DNA of 44,374 nucleotides from positions 1 to 44,374 of the forward strand of contig JBHLLG010000022.1 in assembly GCA_048885925.1 (NCBI GenBank), in the 5' to 3' direction. A program made the translations under genes and the position numbers. Under the pieces are notes generated by a model. The model saw only the letters and a list, made by a program, of their open reading frames with translations, was not told the origin of the DNA and made no database searches. Each line of letters starts with the position of its first letter. The stretch's first letter is position 1. The stretch is from Candidatus Hermodarchaeota archaeon. GTDB taxonomy: Archaea; Asgardarchaeota; Lokiarchaeia; Sigyniarchaeales; SOKP01. Below are positions 8,244-17,973 of this stretch, piece by piece.

Positions 8244-10067
8244 TTATTTTAATGTTAAAATCCTTAATTTTTGAATTATTTTATCTTTGATTAATTCAAT
8301 TTGTTGAAAATTGTCATTTTCGATAGAGCGACTAATATTTAAAATTTCATTATAAATATCTTGATCCAGTAAATCTTCAATTAAAATTCCTTGGTCTATA
8401 AGATTAATCCCTTCAATATAAATTAAAAGAATAATTTTAATCAAACCTAACATTTTTTTAACACCAGTGAAACTGTCAATGCTATCAAAAGCATTCTGAA
8501 TTAGAAAACCATTTTTAATTAATTTCGAAATGAAAATTACTAGTTGTTGGTCTTCTGGTAAGTTTTTTTCCCCAATTAGTTGAATAATGTATGTCAAATC
8601 TTGTTCTTTGGATAAAATTTCGTTTACTAGTTTTCGACACTCACTCCAATCAAACTCGATTTCTGACCAACTAATATCTTTTTGATTCCACCAATCTGAT
8701 ATCGAAGAAGGATAAGTTGAATAAGAATTCATCCAATTAATGGCAGGATAATGTTTTAAATATGCTAAACTGGAGTCCAAAGCCCAAAAAACTCTTACTA
8801 ATCTCTTTGTTGTTGCTGTTACTGGTTCACTAAAATCCCCCCCAGGTGGTGAAATTGTCCCAACAATTGTTAATGATCCTACTTTTTCTTTTCCTTGATA
8901 ATCTAACCCCATTGTTTTAACAACACCTGCTCTTTCATAAAAGCTTGACAATTTTGATGGTAAATAGGCAGGATATCCTTCTTCTGCAGGCATTTCTTCT
9001 AACAATCCGGAGATTTCCCTTAAAGATTCAGCCCATCTTGATGTACTATCTGCTAAAACAGCAACGTCATAACCCATATCTCGATAATATTCTGCGATGG
9101 TAACTCCAGAAAATAGACTAGCCTCTCTAGCAGAAACAGGCATATTAGAAGTATTAGCTATTAGAATTATATGCTCTATCAAGGGCCTTCCTGTTTTAGG
9201 ATTAGTTAATTCAGAAAATTGATTTAAAATGTTAGCGATTTCATTACCAGGTTCTCCACATCCTATAAATACAATAACATCAACATTGCTCCATTTAGCT
9301 AAAGATTGTTGTATAACTGTTTTTCCTGTTCCGAAACCTCCTGGTACTGCTACAGTACCACCCTTTGCTACTGGAAACAATAAATCTATAGCACGCATTC
9401 CAGTAATTAAAGGAATTGTGGCATTCTCTTTCTTTTTATAAGGACGATTTACTGTGATTGGCCATTTTTGCATCATCGAGAATGAAACTTCTTTTGAATT
9501 TATTTTTAATCTATATAACTCATCCAAAATTGTATAATCCCCTTCTTTTGTGATAAATGATAATCTTCCTGAGGTATATGGATGAATCATAATCTTATGT
9601 TCTAAAAATTGTGTTTCTTGAACAATTCCTATTACATCTCCACCATTAACTTTTTCATTTAGCTTTTTGAGTGGCTGAAAGTGCCATTTTTTTGTTCTAG
9701 ATAAAGGAGGGAATTTTATACCTCGATATAATCTTCCAGAGGTGAGATTCTCAAAAATTATTTCTAATGGCCTCTGCATTCCATCAAAAACATGGGATAT
9801 TAAACCAGGAGCTAATTCCATTGAAAGAGGTTCTTTTAAATTAATAACTTCTTCATTCAATTTTATATTTATAGTATTTTCGAAAGATTGTGCTATTATA
9901 TGATCTGAATATATTTGGATTACTTCTCCTAGTATTTCATGATCTGATATTTTTATTAGATCATGGAGGCGAACATGACCTTCTAATCCTTTAATTTCGA
10001 GAAGTGATCCATTAATTCCTGAAATATAACCATAAGGAATTTCTTCATCAAACTTTAGTGAATTCAT
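8244..10067 (-). CDS. atpA: A/V-type ATPase subunit A paralogue (A'), GER motif altered to GEP
   Basis: Full length and colinear with 15406..17250. GGFGTGKT, ANTSNMPV.AREAS, DSTSRWAE, PAEEGYPAYL present, but GCGEPGNE. Confidence 0.92.
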   Translation of the reverse strand: MNSLKFDEEIPYGYISGINGSLLEIKGLEGHVRLHDLIKISDHEILGEVIQIYSDHIIAQSFENTINIKLNEEVINLKEPLSMELAPGLISHVFDGMQRPLEIIFENLTSGRLYRGIKFPPLSRTKKWHFQPLKKLNEKVNGGDVIGIVQETQFLEHKIMIHPYTSGRLSFITKEGDYTILDELYRLKINSKEVSFSMMQKWPITVNRPYKKKENATIPLITGMRAIDLLFPVAKGGTVAVPGGFGTGKTVIQQSLAKWSNVDVIVFIGCGEPGNEIANILNQFSELTNPKTGRPLIEHIILIANTSNMPVSAREASLFSGVTIAEYYRDMGYDVAVLADSTSRWAESLREISGLLEEMPAEEGYPAYLPSKLSSFYERAGVVKTMGLDYQGKEKVGSLTIVGTISPPGGDFSEPVTATTKRLVRVFWALDSSLAYLKHYPAINWMNSYSTYPSSISDWWNQKDISWSEIEFDWSECRKLVNEILSKEQDLTYIIQLIGEKNLPEDQQLVIFISKLIKNGFLIQNAFDSIDSFTGVKKMLGLIKIILLIYIEGINLIDQGILIEDLLDQDIYNEILNISRSIENDNFQQIELIKDKIIQKLRILTLK

Positions 10068-10092
10068 TTAATTTCCTCTAAATTTTAGTTAA

Positions 10093-10533
10093 TTAATATT
10101 TTAATTGTGCATTACAGAATGGACATTTTTTAACGAAGTTTGGTATAATATTTCCACAATTTTCACATTTATTAATTATTGGTCTGCGATATTTGAGATC
10201 GAGATTAATAGATTTTGGAATTTTCGGTTGGACTTCATGCATTTCTTCTTCCTCTTGAATAGCGATAACTTTCTTTTGATAATTTAGTGTGGCTTTTCTT
10301 TTTCTATTTGGAAACATCCTTGAATAAAGAGATTTTTTATTTTTCCTCAGAAAGGGACTAATAGAGATTAAAAATATGAAAATCAATAATATTATCGTGA
10401 TAAAAGGATGAGCGCCAAATTGAATGAAAAGAAAATAGAAATAAACCATTATACAAACATAACTTATTAATACTATTAATCGAAAAATTAACCGTTTGCG
10501 ACTGTTATCCTTTTCATTTATTTCATTTGACAT
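10093..10533 (-). CDS. Two-TM membrane protein with C-terminal zinc ribbon
   Basis: Two hydrophobic helices, basic linker, CENC-x10-CPFC. Confidence 0.75.
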   Translation of the reverse strand: MSNEINEKDNSRKRLIFRLIVLISYVCIMVYFYFLFIQFGAHPFITIILLIFIFLISISPFLRKNKKSLYSRMFPNRKRKATLNYQKKVIAIQEEEEMHEVQPKIPKSINLDLKYRRPIINKCENCGNIIPNFVKKCPFCNAQLKY

Positions 10534-10576
10534 GAAAAAAACTATTATTTTATGATATTAAATACACTTGAATAAG

Positions 10577-10616
10577 TATTCGAATCTTTTTCTTATATAT
10601 CGCTTAGCTTTATCTA
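10577..10616. repeat. 40-bp imperfect direct repeat of the atpI 3' end (other copy 11066..11105)
   Basis: tattcgaatctttttcttatatatcgcttagctttatcta vs tattcgaatctttttgttatatagttcttagccttatcta; 35/40 identical by manual alignment. Confidence 0.8.
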
Positions 10617-10792
10617 AAATCAATTATTTATGTTTATAATTATAAGAATACAAATATATTGAATTTTAAAAAGAAAAAAAAGATACTTAAAGATTATGGT
10701 TTTCTTTCATAAAATCTTTAAAATGGTTGAGTTGACTCTCTTTACAAATTGCTGAACCAAATTCACTTTAATTCTCAATTATTTGATATTTG

Positions 10793-10826
10793 AAACCCTC
10801 CAAATGAAGCGGTTTTGTGAGGGTTT
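10793..10826. other. Intergenic stem-loop
   Basis: AAACCCTC-CAAA-(TGAAGCGGT)-TTTG-T-GAGGGTTT: 8+4 bp stem with a 1-nt bulge. Confidence 0.5.
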
Positions 10827-11064
10827 AGTCCTAATAGATTTATATACATAAGTATCTGTATATTTCAATAAAAATTTCATAAAAAAAGTTTTTATAAATT
10901 TAGGCAAATACTTTAGGTATTTAAGCTTATTATCTATAAAACTCAAAACTACAAGCGATTTGTGAAATGTGATATATATATGGTTTCTCGTATACTAATT
11001 GTAGTAGGCATTTTTGAAGATTTTTATCTTCCTTATAATTAATTCTAAATTTTTCTAATTTAAT

Positions 11065-13356
11065 TTATTCGAATCTTTTTGTTATATAGTTCTTAGCCTT
11101 ATCTATTTGTTCTTTTATTATTCTTGTTTCAAATTCTTTTTCGATTTCCTCTGAAATAATGTCTTTTTCAATCGCACCTCTAAAATTAATAGACGAATAA
11201 TTATTATCCAGAAAAAAGGGAAAATAATCTTGGCCAGATCCTTGATAAAACTTGAAGAAAAATTCATAAAAATGGAGACGTAGAGAATTGAGAAATACTA
11301 GTAATCCTTCTAAGAGAATTACAATTAAATTCCCAAAAATCGAACCAATAAAAGATATTATCTCTACTCCAAAACCTTCTCCTTGGATCAATGAAGACAT
11401 GGCATTTATAGAGTATAACAATGCAATATGAGCTAATGCCAAGGCTAATAATCGAATGTAAGATGCAACATTGCTCATAACTGATAAAACTGTATCAAAT
11501 GCTTCAATCGATCCTTCACCTAATAATCCACCAATAGTTTCTTTTCTTAAGTATGAAATTTTTAGTGTTTTTCCAAGAGGTTTCAAAAACAATAATAGAA
11601 GCCCTGGGATCAGAACTAATAAGATTGGATATGGAAATGCCATCCAAGTATATATATCAAACCCATAACCAAATATCAAAATAGTTCCGCCTATTAATAA
11701 TAAAATTTTCATAAATGAATCGCTAAATGCTAAATATTTCCTATGTTGTTTCCAATAATTTAAAAATTGTATGAACCAACCTAAATTTATATGAAAAACT
11801 CCAATTAATACGGCAAAATAAAATACAGAAAGGATATTACCTAATGGATTATATAGTGTAATATTGAAAAGAGGGATTGTTACTGGTTCCAAATGGAAAT
11901 AGACTGTTCCAAATATCTCGATTTCATGCTTTCCAAAAAATTCCCCATATAAGAAACCAACAAGTACAGAGGCCCATCCACAAAGAAAGATGATCCAACT
12001 TAGATTTACAACATTTTTACTACGCTTTCTTAATACAATAGCTCCTATCAATCCCGCTAGAATTAAAACTAATCCATGACCTATATCACCAAACATTAAA
12101 CCAAAAAGTAATGGAAATGTGATTGCGATAATAGGAGTAGGATCTATTTCAGAATATGTAGGTGTCCCGTACATTCTTGTGATAGTTTCGAATGGTCTTA
12201 CAAGAAAGAAATTTTTCATGATCGTGGGAGTTTTTTCTCTTAGATCTTCTTTTTCTGTATCGGATTCATTTGATTCAACTTCTTCAATGCTAAGCTCTTT
12301 TAAGGGTTTGACACTTTTTTTTATTATTTTTCCTTTTTCCGATAAAGATGATTCATAACTGGGTCGATTTTTTGACACATCTTGTGTCTCAATTGTTATA
12401 TTTTCTTTAAAGATTTTAAATAAATTCTGTTTAACTTCTTCCTTTTTAGATAAAGGAACAAAAAATTTAAGTAATAATCGATTTAAAGGTAGCCGTTCAA
12501 ATTGTTGTTCAACCCAATTATATTCCTCAATATTTTGAACAATTTCATTAATACCAGCAAATTTTAAGAGATTTTCTTTAGCAATTCGATTTTGTTCTTT
12601 CTTATATCTTGATATTAAATCTTCAATAAATTTAATTTCCTTATCTATTCTTAAAAGATTGATTCCTTCACTTGTCAAATATTTTTTTAAAATTGGAACT
12701 TCTTCAGAATGTAATAAACGAATTCTTCCGTTGAATTCATCCTGCTTATCTTTGGGATAGAATATATAAAAACCTATTCTGTCATCAGATATTTCAAATG
12801 TATCATAAAAATTTGGGAATTCTGAAAATTCAAAAAGATTTTGTAAATTAGGTAAATTCTTAGAAAATGTAGTAAAAACTCGCAAATTAAAGTTTCTCAG
12901 TTTTTCTAAATTTTCTGTATTTAATTCTATTTTTTTTAAAATTTTATAACTTTCTTTTATAATCTTAAGATTTTCTAACTCAATTTTGCCTTTTGATATA
13001 TATTTATTTAATTCTATTGCTCTATTTATATAGAAATCTACTTCTTCGAGAAGATTGTTTATTAATTCATATAAATCTTTAGCTATGAATTCAATTCTTT
13101 CATTCTTATCAATTTTTAAATTTCGAACGTCGTATTCACTAATTTCAAGTCTTTTAAATAAGTTATTTAAATTTTTCCTCAAATCTTTAATTTTTTGTCT
13201 AAACGGGTCTTTTTCGTCTAATTCTTTATCGTATTTAGGCTTTTTCTTCGATTTTATATGAACTATATTCATATTTGATAATTCTATTAGAAACTGATCT
13301 CTATAGCTCTGACTTATTTCTGCTTTCATCAAACAAAACTCGTCTTTTTTTGTCAT
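11065..13356 (-). CDS. atpI: A/V-type ATPase subunit I (a)
   Basis: TPT..N..PFE.IT.MYG.P.Y.EIDPT, FGLMFGDIGHG, SYIRLLAL.LAH (essential Arg), LRLHFYEFF.KFY. Confidence 0.95.
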   Translation of the reverse strand: MTKKDEFCLMKAEISQSYRDQFLIELSNMNIVHIKSKKKPKYDKELDEKDPFRQKIKDLRKNLNNLFKRLEISEYDVRNLKIDKNERIEFIAKDLYELINNLLEEVDFYINRAIELNKYISKGKIELENLKIIKESYKILKKIELNTENLEKLRNFNLRVFTTFSKNLPNLQNLFEFSEFPNFYDTFEISDDRIGFYIFYPKDKQDEFNGRIRLLHSEEVPILKKYLTSEGINLLRIDKEIKFIEDLISRYKKEQNRIAKENLLKFAGINEIVQNIEEYNWVEQQFERLPLNRLLLKFFVPLSKKEEVKQNLFKIFKENITIETQDVSKNRPSYESSLSEKGKIIKKSVKPLKELSIEEVESNESDTEKEDLREKTPTIMKNFFLVRPFETITRMYGTPTYSEIDPTPIIAITFPLLFGLMFGDIGHGLVLILAGLIGAIVLRKRSKNVVNLSWIIFLCGWASVLVGFLYGEFFGKHEIEIFGTVYFHLEPVTIPLFNITLYNPLGNILSVFYFAVLIGVFHINLGWFIQFLNYWKQHRKYLAFSDSFMKILLLIGGTILIFGYGFDIYTWMAFPYPILLVLIPGLLLLFLKPLGKTLKISYLRKETIGGLLGEGSIEAFDTVLSVMSNVASYIRLLALALAHIALLYSINAMSSLIQGEGFGVEIISFIGSIFGNLIVILLEGLLVFLNSLRLHFYEFFFKFYQGSGQDYFPFFLDNNYSSINFRGAIEKDIISEEIEKEFETRIIKEQIDKAKNYITKRFE

Positions 13357-13378
13357 ATCTTTAAACTCAATTAATTCT

Positions 13379-14014
13379 TTATTTTTTAATAATTATATCT
13401 TTGGTTTTTTTCAATCTAATGTAATTTTCCCTTTCAATTTCTTCCAAAATCTCTTTAATTTTTTTAATATTTAACTTTAACTTGGGAATTATTAAATTTT
13501 TTAAACCATTTATCCTACGATTGATCTTTTTAAAATTTATTGCATGTTTTAATAATAAATCTTCTATTTCAGAAAATTGGATTAAAGAATTAAAAAAATC
13601 CTTTAAAGTATAAATTAAATCATCCAGATAATGACTTGTGTTCTCAAACGTATACGCAGGAAGCTTCTCTTCTTGAATTAATTCGTATTTAATCTGAGGA
13701 AATAAAATACCTGCCTTTTTTAGATGAAAAATTTCAATTTTAGGTTTGAATTGAATTCTACTTAATTTACTTACCAAAACGAGTTCATTCTTACCCATCT
13801 CTTCATAGGTTAAATGAAGAATTTTCATTGTCTCCTTGAATAAAGAAAGAAATTCTTTTCTTTTTGAAATAAAATCTTTCCATAATTTTCGAAGCTGAAA
13901 AATTAATTGCTCTCTTCTGAATTCTAGAAAGCTTTCTCCTTTAACTGCAAAAGCTAATCTTTTCTGCAAAGAAATTAAATTTGATTTTGATGGTTTTATC
14001 TCTCTAAAACTTAT
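13379..14014 (-). CDS. atpD: A/V-type ATPase subunit D (probable ATA start at 14014; ORF track starts at TTG 13969)
   Basis: C-terminal RRINGL.N.IIP.L...I...LEE.ERE...RLKK. Upstream in-frame extension gives SFREIKPSKSNLISLQKRL, matching the conserved KPT..L..LK.RL N-terminus. Confidence 0.9.
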   Translation of the reverse strand: MSFREIKPSKSNLISLQKRLAFAVKGESFLEFRREQLIFQLRKLWKDFISKRKEFLSLFKETMKILHLTYEEMGKNELVLVSKLSRIQFKPKIEIFHLKKAGILFPQIKYELIQEEKLPAYTFENTSHYLDDLIYTLKDFFNSLIQFSEIEDLLLKHAINFKKINRRINGLKNLIIPKLKLNIKKIKEILEEIERENYIRLKKTKDIIIKK

Positions 14015-14017
14015 AAT

Positions 14018-15409
14018 CTACACCTTTACTTGAAAGTATTTGTCAATATACTTCTGATGAATTCTGATTAATTGGTTTTGATTTAAATTAGATAATAATT
14101 CCCAGGCGATATCAAGAGATTCTTTAAAACTTCTATTCTCATCTTCTTTTTGGTTTAAGAATCTTTGTTCAAAACCATTTCCGAATTTTAATATATTCTT
14201 TTGTTCGAAATTCAGTCCATCTTCTCCTACAATTGAAATAAGATCTTTAACTTCAATGTACTCAGAATAGGAAGCCAGTAACTGTGAACTAATATCAGCA
14301 TGATCCTCTCTTGTTTTCCCTTTTCCAATTGCATCCTTCATTAACCTTGAAATCGAGGCTAAGGATTCAAAAGGGGGATAAATACCTTTCTTATGTACCA
14401 TACGACTAAGAACTAATTGTCCTTCTGTGATATACCCTGTAGTGTCAGGTACAGGATCAGTGATATCATCATTTTTCATTGTGAGTATCGGAATTTGGGT
14501 AATAGAGCCTTTTTTTCCTTTAATCTTTCCTGTCCTTTCATAAATTGATGCAAAATCTGAATAAATATAACCAGGATACCCCTTCCTACTTGGGATCTCT
14601 TCTTTCGCAGAACTCAGCTCCCTTAATGCTTCTGCATAATTTGTCATATCAATTAAAACAACAAGGACATGCATATCTTTTTCGAAAGCAAAGTATTCTG
14701 CTGTTGTTAAAGCCACTCGAGGAATTAATAGTCGTTCAATTATTGGATCATCAGCAAAATTGATAAAAGAAATGATATTTTGAAGTGTTCCACTTTCTTG
14801 AAACCGGTTTATAAAGTAAATTGCCTCATCTTGGATAATTCCAATACCACAAAAAATTATTATAAATGGTTCATCTGAAGCAACTTTTGCTTGGGTTGTT
14901 ATTTGAGCAGCTAATTTGTTATGGGGTAATCCCTGTGCACTGAAAATAGGAAGCTTTTGACCCCTGATTAATGTAAATAATCCATCAATTACAGATATAC
15001 CTGTTTGTATAACATCAATGGGATATTCTCTAGCAAAAGGATTGATAGGACTCCCATTTATATCTCTGTGAACATCCGTTAAAACATCTGAATCTAAAAC
15101 TGTTTTTGTTTTGATATCAAATGGAATTCCTAATGAATTGAATGTTTGACCGAACATATCATTTGAGATCTTTACTTTAAAAGTATCTTCAGTAAATTTT
15201 ATTTCAGCATTCTCAGAGGATATTCCCGTTGTATCCTCAAATACTTCAACAACAATTATGTCCTCACTTAGTTTTACAACTTGGCCAGTACGTAATTTAT
15301 TATCATTTGTTTTAATTCTTACTATTTCACCATATTGAGCATTATGCTCATTTTTAAGAAATAAGAGTGGTCCGATGATTTGTTGAATTTTTTTATATAT
15401 TACACTCAT
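14018..15409 (-). CDS. atpB: A/V-type ATPase subunit B
   Basis: GQKLPIFS..GLPHN.LAAQI, DMTNYAEALRE, KGYPGY.Y.D..SIYER.G, PD.TGYITEGQ, SRLMK. Confidence 0.96.
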   Translation of the reverse strand: MSVIYKKIQQIIGPLLFLKNEHNAQYGEIVRIKTNDNKLRTGQVVKLSEDIIVVEVFEDTTGISSENAEIKFTEDTFKVKISNDMFGQTFNSLGIPFDIKTKTVLDSDVLTDVHRDINGSPINPFAREYPIDVIQTGISVIDGLFTLIRGQKLPIFSAQGLPHNKLAAQITTQAKVASDEPFIIIFCGIGIIQDEAIYFINRFQESGTLQNIISFINFADDPIIERLLIPRVALTTAEYFAFEKDMHVLVVLIDMTNYAEALRELSSAKEEIPSRKGYPGYIYSDFASIYERTGKIKGKKGSITQIPILTMKNDDITDPVPDTTGYITEGQLVLSRMVHKKGIYPPFESLASISRLMKDAIGKGKTREDHADISSQLLASYSEYIEVKDLISIVGEDGLNFEQKNILKFGNGFEQRFLNQKEDENRSFKESLDIAWELLSNLNQNQLIRIHQKYIDKYFQVKV

Positions 15410-17250
15410 AATTTTTTAAATGTTTCATGGGTTAATTTTAAGGATGCAATTTCATTAAGTAATTTCTTTTTTAACCCTTCTATTCTATCAAAATCTTTAT
15501 TGGGAATAGTATGGTTAATTCTTAAAATATTAGTAATACTTCTAAGATTTTTAATATCTTCAATTAAAAATCCTTGTTTTAAAAGTTCATTACCTTCTTT
15601 ATATAAAAGAAGAATTATTTTAATCATTCCTAAAAGTTTTTTAAAATCTGTATAATTATCAATATCATCAAATGCATTTTGGATTAAAAATCCGTCTTTA
15701 ATTAATCTTGCAATAAATATTGTTAATTGTTGGTCTTCAGGTAGATTTTCCTCACCGATAAGTTGTGTAATGTACTTTAATTCATTTTCTTGGGATAATA
15801 TTTCATTAACTTGCATTCGGCATTCAAACCAATCAATATCTATTTCTGACCAATGAATGTCTCTTTTGAACCACCATTCTAATATATAATCCGGGTAATT
15901 GGAATATGAATTCAACCAATTAATAGCGGGATAATGTTTTGAATATGCCAATCCAGCGTCTAAAGCCCAAATTCCTTGAACGAAATTTTTAGTTGTTGCT
16001 GTTACAGGTTCACTAAAATCACCAGCAGGAGGAGAAACTGACCCTATTACTGTTAATGAACCAATTCTTTCTTTTCCAAATTCATCTTCTCCAAACAATT
16101 TAACAATACCTGCTCTTTCGTAAAAACTAGATAGCTTTGAAGGTAAATATGCAGGATATCCCTCTTCAGCGGGCATTTCTTCTAATAGTCCAGAAATTTC
16201 CCTTAAAGATTCTGCCCATCTTGAAGTACTATCCGCTAAGACAGCAACATCATAACCCATATCCCTGTAGTATTCGGCAATGGTTACTCCCGAAAAAATA
16301 CTAGCTTCTCTTGCGGAAACTGGCATGTTTGAAGTATTTGCGATTAGAATAATCCGATCTAACAAAGATTGACCTGTTTTAGGATCTATTAACTCTGAGA
16401 ATTGTTTCAAAACATCAGCTATTTCATTTCCTCGTTCTCCACAACCAACAAAAACAATTACATCAGCATTACACCATTTCGCCAAAGATTGCTGGATAAC
16501 AGTTTTTCCTGTTCCAAATCCTCCCGGAACTCCAATTGTACCTCCTTTAGTAATAGGAAATAGTAAATCTATAACTCGTATCCCTGTTATTAATGGTTCA
16601 TTGGGAATTTTTCTCTCCTTAAAAGGTCGTGCTTTAGTTATTGGCCATTTTTGTAACATTGAAAAGGAATTTTCTTTATTATCTCTTTTCAATTTATAGA
16701 TTGTGTCAATAATTGTATAATCTCCTTCATCCACAATGAAATTCAATGTTCCCGTAGTATTTGGAGGAACTAATATTTTATGTTTTATCGCAGGAGTTTC
16801 TTGAACAGTGCCAATTATATCTCCTCCATTTACTAAATCACTCTTTTTTTTTTCAGGAATGAAGTGCCATTTTTTTGTTCTTGATAAAGAATCTATTTCT
16901 AAACCTCTTTCTAATCCTCCAGTTTTGAAAAGATCAAAAGCTTTTTGTAAAGGTCTTTGAATTCCATCAAAAATGTTTCCTAATAATCCCGGTGCTAATT
17001 CCATAGAGAGAGGTTCATTTAAGCTAATAACTTCTTCGTTAATACGTAAATTGTCAGTATTTTCAAAACATTGAACAACCACATAATCCTCATAAATTTG
17101 AATAACTTCTCCTAAAATCTTATATTTAGTAATTTTAATTAAATCATGGAGTTTAATTGTTTCTTCAAGTCCTTTAACATTAATTAAAGACCCGTTTATA
17201 GCTGAAATGTAACCATATTGGGAAATGGTCTTAGAACTGGATTTGCTCAT
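15406..17250 (-). CDS. atpA: A/V-type ATPase catalytic subunit A
   Basis: GGFGTGKT, intact GCGERGNE, DSTSRWAE, PAEEGYPAYL, GDFSEPVT; ATGA overlap with subunit B. Confidence 0.97.
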   Translation of the reverse strand: MSKSSSKTISQYGYISAINGSLINVKGLEETIKLHDLIKITKYKILGEVIQIYEDYVVVQCFENTDNLRINEEVISLNEPLSMELAPGLLGNIFDGIQRPLQKAFDLFKTGGLERGLEIDSLSRTKKWHFIPEKKKSDLVNGGDIIGTVQETPAIKHKILVPPNTTGTLNFIVDEGDYTIIDTIYKLKRDNKENSFSMLQKWPITKARPFKERKIPNEPLITGIRVIDLLFPITKGGTIGVPGGFGTGKTVIQQSLAKWCNADVIVFVGCGERGNEIADVLKQFSELIDPKTGQSLLDRIILIANTSNMPVSAREASIFSGVTIAEYYRDMGYDVAVLADSTSRWAESLREISGLLEEMPAEEGYPAYLPSKLSSFYERAGIVKLFGEDEFGKERIGSLTVIGSVSPPAGDFSEPVTATTKNFVQGIWALDAGLAYSKHYPAINWLNSYSNYPDYILEWWFKRDIHWSEIDIDWFECRMQVNEILSQENELKYITQLIGEENLPEDQQLTIFIARLIKDGFLIQNAFDDIDNYTDFKKLLGMIKIILLLYKEGNELLKQGFLIEDIKNLRSITNILRINHTIPNKDFDRIEGLKKKLLNEIASLKLTHETFKKL

Positions 17251-17959
17251 ATAATCTTAAATATTCTGGTATTTTTTCTTTTTGATTTCGTATAAATTTT
17301 TCAAATTCTTTTTCTATTTCCTTAATTTCGGAATCGTTAATTATTTTAGAGATCTCCATCTCAATAAATGAAGATTTTTTATTAATTATATTATCTATTG
17401 TGTAATCATAAAAGATAATTCCTTCTACAAGTGAAATCTTAAAACCTCCTATAAATTCAGACTTAGTTTGATTTATTTCAACTGGATTCTTAAAAATTCC
17501 TGCTATTTGGTCAAAATTTTCAATAAAGTAATTATAATCCTTAGAATTTAATATTAATTCAATTCCTTGAGGTTTATCTATATCTTTTTTGACTTTTTTA
17601 ATTGATTCCAATAGAAAAGTAATATAACCTGAATAATTTTTTTCAATTTTCTCTCTAATTAGATTAACTATACTGGTTTTTAACTCCTTTATTAAATTAT
17701 TTTTTAACTTTAAAAATCTTTCTTTCTCCTTTAAAAGGGTTGATGATAATGATTGATTTAAATATTGGACATAACTTTCAATAAGATGATTTTTTAATTT
17801 TACCGATCTTTCACGGCTTCGTTCTAAATATCTATTCTTAATTTCAGCTTTCTGAAATAAGGTTTTTTGATTCAATTCTTTGACTTCTTTTTCAGCTTTC
17901 TCTATTAAGTAAAGTCCTAAATTACTGATTTTTTTTTTAATCTCTTTTTCTTCGGATAT
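17231..17959 (-). CDS. atpE: A/V-type ATPase subunit E (probable ATA start at 17959; ORF track starts at TTG 17875)
   Basis: Long N-terminal helix, C-terminal L..KD...IGGF.I....I.YD.TI domain, position between F and A. GAGGTGA SD 6 nt before ATA TCC GAA GAA. Confidence 0.82.
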   Translation of the reverse strand: MSEEKEIKKKISNLGLYLIEKAEKEVKELNQKTLFQKAEIKNRYLERSRERSVKLKNHLIESYVQYLNQSLSSTLLKEKERFLKLKNNLIKELKTSIVNLIREKIEKNYSGYITFLLESIKKVKKDIDKPQGIELILNSKDYNYFIENFDQIAGIFKNPVEINQTKSEFIGGFKISLVEGIIFYDYTIDNIINKKSSFIEMEISKIINDSEIKEIEKEFEKFIRNQKEKIPEYLRLYEQIQF

Positions 17960-17973
17960 TTTGATTCACCTCA

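Noticed and set aside
8244-10067. A' as a pseudogene or assembly duplicate
   Set aside because: The ORF is intact and full length, with many synonymous differences from copy A and conserved protein motifs.
10793-10826. Hairpin containing ATGA...GA as a possible SECIS element
   Set aside because: Too short for the SECIS helix and apical loop, and no nearby gene has a plausible in-frame TGA.
13379-15409. atpB TAG is in frame with atpD, suggesting readthrough (pyrrolysine) or a B-D fusion
   Set aside because: D rotates inside A3B3 at a different stoichiometry, no pyl genes are in the window, and an SD plus ATA start explains the arrangement more simply.
1110-17250. Inteins in RadA or ATPase A (known insertion hotspots)
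   Set aside because: Lengths are normal and the Walker A regions are uninterrupted.
17929-17969. GTG start plus slippage at the A10 run as the origin of the atpE N-terminus
   Set aside because: The GTG frame stops at TAA on entering the run, while the ATA frame is already open through it.
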